From assembly GCA_015680685.1 (NCBI GenBank), contig MNCI01002109.1, positions 462,784 through 526,783 of the forward strand: DNA of 64,000 nt, in the 5' to 3' direction. Positions 55,418 through 64,000 of this stretch are shown piece by piece. Within the stretch, counting starts at the first letter, position 1, and each line of letters opens with the position of its first letter. The notes under the pieces were generated by a model. That model had not been told where the DNA came from. It made no database searches and saw only the letters and a program-made list of their open reading frames with translations. The position numbers and the translations under genes are program-made. Source of the DNA: Gnetum montanum (lineage: Eukaryota; Plantae; Gnetophyta).

Positions 55418-58400
55418 TTAACACAGTAGAAAGCGATTAACTTGAGAAGGTCCCACATCTGTCTCGAAGGGTATCTAGCCTAAGTCAAGCCTGAGGCGAC
55501 GCTAGACCTCCTCCGCCGTGATATCTATCCAACGTCTTCTGTCTAGTGTAGAATCTGCTGCGGCAGCTCTCTCCCTTTCGGCGGGTGTCCACCTTGGCAG
55601 TCCCGGAGAATAGGAGACGACCGTAGCCTCTCCTATGGGAAGGGTCACTTTCAGGTTAGGATATTTTGTGACCTTGACCTGCTCTTTGAACTTGGTGTAA
55701 GTCTCATAAGCATCAATGACATTTACGAATGCTTCGTATGTAAATGCCTCCACAATAGCATCTTTGTATAACTTACAATGGGCGGCAATTTCCTGTTTAT
55801 ACATATGCTTATGGTTTCTTTAGGTCTGCCCCCATTCGAAAATTTTGGTGCTAAGGTCTTTTAGATCTTGACACTTCTGGTCTAGCAGGTCCATCTGCAT
55901 CCGTTGCTCTATCAGTTTGCGGGTAGTCTCAACATTCTGGTGTGCAACTGTCCAAAACCTGGCGTGGTCTACCACCGTGGTGCGCCAGTCCTCATTGTTA
56001 GTTTTGTAGGCCATGAGGAACTCATTCCTTGACTTGAGGTCCTCCACCTCAGCCCTCAAGTTAGCTTCTCTCTACTCTAACTTCTGGGCTCGTTTCCACA
56101 ATTCTTCATTGGTATGCTTACACTCCCATAGGGAGTGCATTGAGTGCAAAGCGCATTTGCAGACCTCATCATATGCACGACGAGACATCTCAATCAGTTT
56201 TGGCGGGAATGTGGACACGACACCGACCCTCAAAGGTTGTGTCGAGTCCCACTTGAATCGAGAGGCTACCATAATACAAAAAATACACTAGTTGCATTAG
56301 CATAGCACAAGTGGCAAATGCAAGAAACCTTAGCATAGCAACATGAGAGTAGATAACACTACTACTTACCTACTTCAAGGTCCACCTGCTAAAGGCACTT
56401 AATCATGTCATCAACAATCCCCTGCATAAACACGAATTTGTTGAGGATTTTAACCCAAGGCTCGGTGTGAACTGGAGTGGGTCCTGTGGCATCAACAGTA
56501 GCATTTGTCGCATAACCAAATACATTAGCAATGACCAAAATGGACTATGATAAGACAGACATATTGCCGAACTCACCAATGTCTGGTTGTGGTCTCTTGT
56601 TCGGTTGATGCAAAACGATGGTGGAGGCCTGGCCGAAACTTCCTCCCAAGTCCTTGTAGACCTCCTCTTCATGCCCTGGTGTTTTTCCTTTGAGGAGACC
56701 AGCATCTTGTTTATCAAGGGAGACTCCTCAGTAGGAGGATTCTCCCTAATGATGAGAGCCCTTTCCCTAGTCGCAGGAGCCTCCTTCTTCTTAACTGAAG
56801 CCCCTCTCTCTGAGATTGGGGCCCTTGTGCCTTTATAAGTCGCCCCCATCTTAGGGGCCGACACCTCTTCGTTGCTTGTTTCTTCTTCTTCTCTTTCTTC
56901 TAATAGTTAGACATGTTGGCATTAGTTCAAAGCAAGTAGCCTAAGGCAGATGCTACGCTACGCTACACCATCTAGCATAGTATATCATAGCAGACAATAG
57001 AAAAACAAACACTGAATAAAAGTGCTTACCAATAGGAAGTCGTGTCCTCTGCCCCTTATCCTCCTCCACGCAAAGGACTGGGGGAGGCCTCTTCTGCCAC
57101 AATGTGCTGGTAACTATTTTGGCTATGAAACGCTCACCCCGTGATACGCTACCATCTATAGCGGGGGGCGTCTCTCCTATGTTGTCCTGGCCATGAACGT
57201 TGCGGGCCACCCAATCCTTAGTTGTTACAGAAAATGACTCCCCAAGTATTTTTGGGGGATCTTGGGCTTGAATGGTTTTGGAAGACCTGGCGAATCCATG
57301 GTCTAAAAATCTGGTCGTGATTCCGCAAGATCCAGTTTCCTCACTCTTGAACCACCAGGAACTCCACAAAGCGCTTAAGGTAGCCTATATAAAAGGCATA
57401 GTGGATGTTGGAACGAGACTCTATTTTTGTACGGTGCTCCAAGATCTCAGTCTGCAAGCCTTTATACAGAGACTCGGCCCAGTTGTAATGAGTCCCCTCC
57501 TCCATAATCTCATGCATTATTCAAGCTTGCTCAAGCCCCAGGACCTTTCCCTGGGTGAGCAGCTAGGGAAATGCATGAGCACGGAAGATGGGGTAGAACT
57601 CCTTGGCGGGTCCTTCCTTAAGTTTCTCCATAGGGAGTTCCTTATGCTCCTTGGTGAGCCCTATCCACTCCTAGAGGTCCTTCTTCTGAAGGGTCAATTC
57701 CATCTTGGATTTTGATCCTATTGAAATGCCTTTAGCAGGGATGCCAAACAGATCCACGAACAGCTAGTCATTGATGTCAATGACCACTTGCATGCCATGC
57801 ACGCATAGGCAAAAGTGGCCCACCTTGTCGAAAAAGGATTCAACCAAGGTGAGCATCTCATCTGCAGTAACGTTCGGATTTGGGGCCAGGAATAGATCCA
57901 TAAGCTCCACCTTTTCGATGTTCTAGAGCAGAGCGTCTGAGGCCCCACTGTTCAGCCAGCGTTGGCTCTTCTCTACTTCCCCATACTTGAAGTAGGCATT
58001 TCCCCCCTATGCCTCGGTGGTTACCACCGTCACCTCCTTAGGCTTCTTCGCCCCTACAATAGGTTCACAAAAAATTTAGCACAAAGACAAAGGAAATTCA
58101 AAATTTGCAAAGATATTTAAACATGTGGCACTTACCGCTCGACTTACCAAGTTGATATGGCAGTGGGAACTATGGGAGTTCAATCAGAACTTGTTCAACT
58201 GTGACTAGTTTGAAGGGTTTCACCCACTCCCCATCCAACTAGCCCTACCTCTTGCATTGATCATAGAGGGGAGAATACACATCTAGGTAGGTGTAATATT
58301 CACCCCTGCATTGACAAATTACACTGGCCTACAGGTTCTCAGTCGAAGAGAACTCCTACAGGGCTAGTTGTGCTATAGCCAATAGACCCAGAAGGTCATG

Positions 58401-58955
58401 AACACCATCCTCATCAAGGAAGAATTTGGTAGCAAATGCATACTGTGAGCATTAGGCAACTACAGCCAATGTCGCACAAACATAGTAGAACAAGGCTGCG
58501 AAACTCACCTGCCAGCAACGTAGACAGTTCCTTGAGGGTTCTGAAAGCACACCGTCATAAAACTTGCAAGGAACAATGTGTTGAAAGGGTGGTAGCAGCT
58601 ATACTCAGTCATCTCCCAAATCCAGGCCAAGCGCCTTAACCCTATTGGGCACTGATTGGATCCTTCTCCCCACCCGCTCACGATGGCTCCGTCGGTGAGG
58701 AACCTCAAAATGCCTCGGCTTGCCCTAAGAAAAATGGTTTCTGTGATGCCAGCCACCTCCTCCTCTAGGAAGGACCAAACGATCACGCTGAAGTGGTCAA
58801 GGAGGAATTGCAAGAAGTCCTATGCCCCTGGTCTGAACCAGACCCCTCACTCTCCCATATGTATATGGGGAGGAGGAGCATTAGCCACAAGTCTACTCAC
58901 GTGACACAGGACCCCTCTAACTTTCAAAACAATCAGCCTGGGCCTCAGCCTCGCC
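55418..58955 (-). pseudogene. antisense spliced accessory gene: FCP1/SCP-like (NIF/HAD) pseudophosphatase + PMD/Transposase_32-like domain + coiled coil; exons approx 58955-58509, ~58442-58136, 58053-57030, 56899-56577, 56483-56370, 56265-55418
   Basis: Manual translation gives RPRLIVLKVRGVLCH..VWFRPGA*DFLQFLLDHFSVIVWSF..LRRLAWIWE..NTLFL..QNP, then ID IND*LFVDLFGIPAKG..YNWAESLYKGL, then ORFs 56272/56059/55804 in one frame. Minus-strand donors GTGAG/GTAAG and YAG acceptors; three junctions join in phase. Stops are mostly TAG/TGA, consistent with deaminated CAG/CGA. Confidence 0.75.
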
Positions 58956-59897
58956 CTACACAACACAATTTGCAAAATGATAGCATCATATCTAAGGACA
59001 ATACAACAATGCCTAGCAGTTCATACGTATAGCGTAGCATAACCCTTTGCCTGCACATAGCGTAGTAAGGGCGTAAAAGCCTAGCGTAGCAAGAACATGC
59101 AAGTAGCCTAGCATAGCAATAGAACAATTGACGACATATCGCATCACATATGGCCTAGCCCTTCTAAGGGTTCTACGTTACGCCATTTGAAGAACAAGCA
59201 ACCTAAACTGCCCAAGCCCCCGCGGTTATGACAACCGTAACGGTGGCAATTTAAGTAGCCTTGCATGCAATAATGATGCAACATTTATGCATCTACCATG
59301 ACTGAAACGACGGTAGCGATGCAAGAGCCACAATGACACGACAACAGAAAACACAACCAACCAAGAATGGATGCAAAGTGAATAGGACGCAAAACAAAAG
59401 TAGAGAATAACAGAAAACACAAAATAAAAAAAAGCAGATGGAGCGTAACCTACTAGGTCAATGGTGTGCTCTTATGCATCGCAACATGCAATTGCATCGC
59501 ACACCCTAGGATCTTCTTCATGTCCTCGACCTTTGCAAGTGCCAAATGAGTCTTAGGAGCCATTGTCCTGATTGCAGATGTACACTCTTTGCTGTAAAAA
59601 CTTACCTCGCTAGCCGCTATCACAATTGCTCCGTGCTCCAAAATCGACATGTGCTCCAATGCAGGCTCTGCTCTCTTAAGGTGAGAAAGGCAAAATTGCT
59701 GGGGTTTAACTTTTATTTATGGTCATAATGACAAGATAGAGAAACTTTCCACTCTCTCTCACTGATTAATGCAGAGCACGCCATATAGCATAGCATGCTC
59801 GCCACGACATCGTAGCACTGTTAGCATTAAAGCCTTGACACGCTTCGTGTCAGCTGTGTGCTTTCCTAAATAAAAAATATATATTTTTGTTTTTGTT

Positions 59898-60385
59898 ATG
59901 GATCCGAAAAGACCTTAAACTAGTAATCCTAGCAATCACAACACGACGGGTCCAAAAAGACCTTAAACTAGCAATCTTAGCATAGTTGCATCTCTAATGG
60001 TCCGAAAAGACCCTAAACTAGTAGTGTCAACCAGTTATGTTCACAGTCCGCAATGACGTTAAACTAAAAATACCACATTCTTACATGGGAGGTTTTCATG
60101 TCTTCTTCCACATTGGCGGTGTCGCAATCTCTAACAATTTCATGTTTTTTATGTCAAGAGTTCATTGATTTCGCATTAACGGTTTTACCTTTCTTATACC
60201 TACAATTCCCCATTTTGCATACTATCATTCTGCATACTAAGATTTTGCATGTTATGATTTGGCAGTCCGAAATGACACTAAACTAGTAGTTTGGCATTTA
60301 CAGTTTAACATTTGCATATTGACATCTCTAGCGATCTTGCACTATTATGTCTTGGCAGTCCACCATGACTTTAAACTGGCAAACT
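59898..60385 (+). repeat. 6 copies of (G)GTCCGAAAAGACCTTAAACTAG-like motif
   Basis: Copies at ~59900, 59949, 59999, 60045, 60264, 60357. Confidence 0.8.
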
Positions 60386-60505
60386 TTCAATCTTTACATC
60401 GTCACACTTCGCAAGTTGCATTCCCTCACTACTTTGCAAACTTTCATTATACACAATCTCTGCCAACGGACGCCTCTTAACTAGGCTTTTATCTCATGCT
60501 AGCAG

Positions 60506-62319
60506 GTCGAGCAAGAGATGAAAATCCATCGCAACCTCTCCATGCGCTTAACGTTAACAGGTCCACGAGGTAGGCTCGCAAGACAGTTGAACCCTAACAT
60601 GATTGACTGGGGTTTGACCACAGCCGATACTATAGTAGCCTTAGAAGCATCCCCAGACTGGCCTGAGCATCTAGTCCAAGCCCTAGACTTAGAGGTCGGG
60701 GATGTAACCGAGGAACCTCTTTTCGAAATGCCTGTGACCATCTCAAAAGGGGAGATGAAAATGTTAAAACTCAACTCCCTCTTAGATACGTAGATGCACA
60801 ACAACATAGCCAAGATTTTGCAAGACAATATCAATGTCTTCACATGGTCGTACAACGACATCCCATATTTGGATCCGTGGTTGATTCAACACAACATCGT
60901 CCTAGACCCGCGTATGAAGGCAGTCAAGTAGAAGGCTTGCAAAGTTAAGTAGGAAATCGCACTAGCCATGAGGGATGAAATCACCAAGCTATACTAAGCT
61001 GGTTTCATCCGCGTGGTAGACTACTTAGAGTGGGTGTCCAACATCGTTGTCGTTTTGAAGAAAATAGGAGGAATACACATCTATATAGACTTCCGAAACT
61101 TGAACAAGGGAACAATCAACGACAACTTCCCACTTCCAAGCATCGATCAACTCATTGACACCACGGTTAGTCACGCTTTACTGTCCTTGATGGATGGTTT
61201 CTCCGAATATAATCAAATTTGCATTAACCTGGAGCACCAGCTATCAACAACCTTTATGACTCCATAGGGTACCTTCTGCTACATCATGATGCCTTTCAGG
61301 CTCAAAAATGCTAGAGAAATATACCAGCGAGCCATGACCTACATTTTTAGTGACCATATCCTAGAAACACTAAATGACTACGTGGATGATATAGCTGTCA
61401 AGTCTAAAGAGGAAGCTGATCACCCACACGATCTAGGAGTAGTCCTCAAGTGCTGTCAAATGCATGACTTGCACCTCAATCCTAAGAAGTGCATCTTCGG
61501 GGTGAAAACTGGACGCATGTTAAGGTTCATAGTATTGGAGGTCGGAATACGGGTGGACCTTGACAAAGTCAAGGCCATCGTCAACCTGGCACCTCCCAAA
61601 AACCTTAAGGAGCTACGTGGTTTGTAGGGTAGAGTATAGTTCATTCAAAGGTTCATATCAAGGTTGACTGACAAGTTACACCCCATGCAACATCCTCTAA
61701 AGAAGGGGGTTAAGTTCGAGTGGACAACCCAGTGTCAACAAGCCTTCCACGACTTGAGGAAGGAGCTTTCACACCTCCCAACCGTGCATCTGCCACAAAG
61801 GGACAAACCCTTCTTCATCTACCTCGCCACCTCTAACACATCTGTTGTGGCACTGCTATGTCAGAAACAAAACAAAAGTTCTGAGATACCTATGTATTAT
61901 CTGAGTCATGCACTAATAGCGCATGAGGTGAAATACAATGAAGTGGAGAGGAATTACCTTGCCTTAGTGTTCGCACTAAAAAAGTGGAGGCATTACCTAT
62001 TTCGCAGTACAACCAACATCATTTGCAAAAGCAATATACTTTGGGCTATCACTAACAACCTATATGAAAGTAGCAGGATAGTCCGATGCAAGGTAATAAC
62101 CACAGAGTTCGATTTATACTATGTAAGTCAATCATCGATAAAGGGTCAAGCCATAGCAACCCAACTCACCGCCTCGCCCATCGACGACCAGGCCACCATA
62201 GACCCCGAATTCCTGGACGAGCACGTTAGCAATGTCGACATTGTCCCATCGCATCTTGAAGCCACTTTACACTTTGTGATGGTGTATCAACCACACGAGG
62301 AGGTAGCGCAGTTGCTATC
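60506..62319 (+). pseudogene. decayed Tat RT-RNase H and start of archaeal-type RNase H
   Basis: ORFs at 60518, 61013, 61286 and 61664; VFTWSYNDIP.LDP, DNFPLPSIDQLID, YVDDI, LNPKKCIFGV. Confidence 0.9.
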
Positions 62320-64000
62320 TGTTGGCACATTTGGCCATTCCATGGAACAGTTGGAATATTTTTTAAAAAATTGGAAGAATATATGGTTGTAAATTTAGAA
62401 GTAAATTACAGCTTTAGGGTTGTGGGTTGATGGGTGTTTTTGGAGGATTAATCCACTGGTAAATAATTTGATGTTGAAGCCTTCTAGATACAAAATGAAA
62501 GTGCTGGATTATTCCTTTATTAAAGATTGGAAGATAGTACTATAGCAAGGAAGAAATTATATTATTTACGTGAAAAGCACTAAGTTGAAGATCCCGGCTA
62601 TTAAACTCGGTTATATCCTTTGGCCTTAATACAACGTTTGAAACTCCTTGCAAATCAGAAAATAAAACAAAAATCACCAGTGCCTCCATCGTCATGAAGA
62701 TTATACAGCGATGAGAGTGGAGGAAAAGGAGACTATAGTTGGACCAACGTCCTAACACCGTATACCTGCTGATCGCAGCAATGGCAGGGAAGCAAACACC
62801 ATAGAAAAAGGATAATATCAGTGGAGGTGTAGTTTTTGGCGAAGGTGAAGAAAAATCACGGTGTTCCTGGAAAATCATGCCGCAGTAATGTTCAAAACCG
62901 CCCACCACACAACATTCATCCTGGCATAGACGAGCACCGCGAAAATTGCCATCAAGATGGGCATAACCAAGTCCTTGGGGCATGAAACATCTTTACCATA
63001 AACACAGGATATGTTAAAAAAAAATTAGAACCCTCTCCACACAATATACGGAGAAAGGATTCATGTTTTGTTAGGGCCCCAATTTTATTTTAAGTTTTGT
63101 AGGCCGTAGCAGTTTTAGTTGTGCAGGCTGCAACGGTTCTGAAGGTTCTTGCGGTTTCGCCAGATGCAGATCCACAATACATTCGCCCCTGGTTCTACGA
63201 TCAATGACAATGGTGGTGACGATTCAAGAAAAAATTTTAAAAATGCAGGAAGCCCTAAGCCAATTTAGGGTAAAACAAAAATCCCACATGCAGCGGCAGA
63301 GCCTTCTCCCGCGGGGGCAGTTGGTTACGATTTTGCAGGGCCTTATTGTGCGGTGGTAGTTCAAACATACAGTTTTGGTTGATACAGCACTTTGGATCTT
63401 GGTTAGAACATGTGTCGGTTCTTACAGGTTTTATGCAGAGAAAAGAGAAAACGAACCAGCCGATTACGTCTGCTATTTTGGAACTGTTGCTGATTATCTA
63501 CGCGATTTACCAGGGAAGATGAAGCAGAATTATTTTAAGCCATTAACTCTACCGCTTTCACCAAGATATATGTAAAATTATTTTATTACTACCACTTGTT
63601 TATAACTTTATGAAAGCATCAGGTGATTAAAATATCTAACAAATTAATCAACATATATACATATATTTTAATATAATAACCACTAATGAAGTACCTATAG
63701 TGTGAAGCCCTGGTTTAGAAAACTTGCCTTTAATTATCCCAAGTTATAAAATATTATTTTAAAACATTATTATATATAAGTTACCACTCATAAAAATATT
63801 TGCAATATTGATATTTAAAATATTTATTTGTAATATCACATTACATTTAATATAAATATTAATGTTAGCATAAATTTCTCCTAATTCTATGTATAACTTC
63901 CTAACTCCCTAACTACATAACTTCCTCCTAACTTGTTGGGCAAGTAATCTTCTAATTGGTTGGCCAAGTTACTTGGGAGAGAAGTTAGGTGAGATATTTT

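Larger units (their letters stand above)
48592..62319 (+). mobile_element. Tat-type Ty3/Gypsy LTR retrotransposon (5' LTR, gag, PR, 5.7-kb spacer with antisense gene, RT, RH, start of aRH), 3'-truncated
   Basis: LTR ends GGTTGCTACA at 50272, followed by a tRNA-Asn PBS. gag KYD.EGDP.AHL / LAGKALDWY / KQEPLE and zinc knuckle CDYH..CGH.T.YC. PR V.VDD.AATNVIP..FNLIL.RSWL. RT EWVSNIVVV, MDGFSEYNQI, YVDDI. RH YLSHAL..E..Y. aRH-like TLHF/DG...GG at ~62265. Confidence 0.9.

Noticed and set aside
54849-60385. Hairpin repeats as ribozymes (hammerhead stem II with GAAA; pistol-like hairpin plus UUAAA.AG)
   Set aside because: No CUGAUGA core is adjacent, and no downstream complement of the loop for a pistol pseudoknot is visible. 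Kept only as an unexplained structured motif.
54775-60505. Spacer as an inserted Helitron, CACTA or MULE
   Set aside because: No TIRs, CACTA ends, A|TC...CTRR|T insertion context or transposase/helicase motifs were seen, and it shares motifs with the Tat LTR. Not fully excluded without other copies.

Overview
Plant nuclear DNA, AT-rich and depleted of CG/CHG, made almost entirely of decayed retroelements around one intact host gene. Contents in order: (1) 3' part of an Athila-like Ty3/Gypsy element (pol, accessory ORF2, 3' LTR; 1-9975); (2) a complete pol-less Athila-like element with two LTRs and a CTATG target-site duplication (10308-19003); (3) a decayed L1-type LINE (~20300-24737) containing an inverted assembly artefact; (4) a 3'-truncated Athila-like gag-pol element (24738-~33300); (5) a ~90-bp satellite followed by an intact three-exon pectin methylesterase gene (35757-37515); (6) a decayed Ty1/Copia element (39243-43916) next to a LINE endonuclease remnant; (7) a minus-strand Athila-like LTR plus ORF2 end (46412-48591), interrupted by (8) a Tat-type Gypsy element with a tRNA-Asn PBS (48592-~62319). 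The most unusual feature is in the Tat element. Protease and RT are separated by a 5.7-kb GT...AG-bounded spacer that carries an antisense multi-exon gene. By manual translation it encodes an FCP1/SCP (NIF, HAD-type) phosphatase-like domain lacking its catalytic aspartates, then a PMD/Transposase_32-like domain and a coiled coil, and it is flanked by arrays of a covarying hairpin repeat. All domain calls come from reading motifs by eye; no searches were run.
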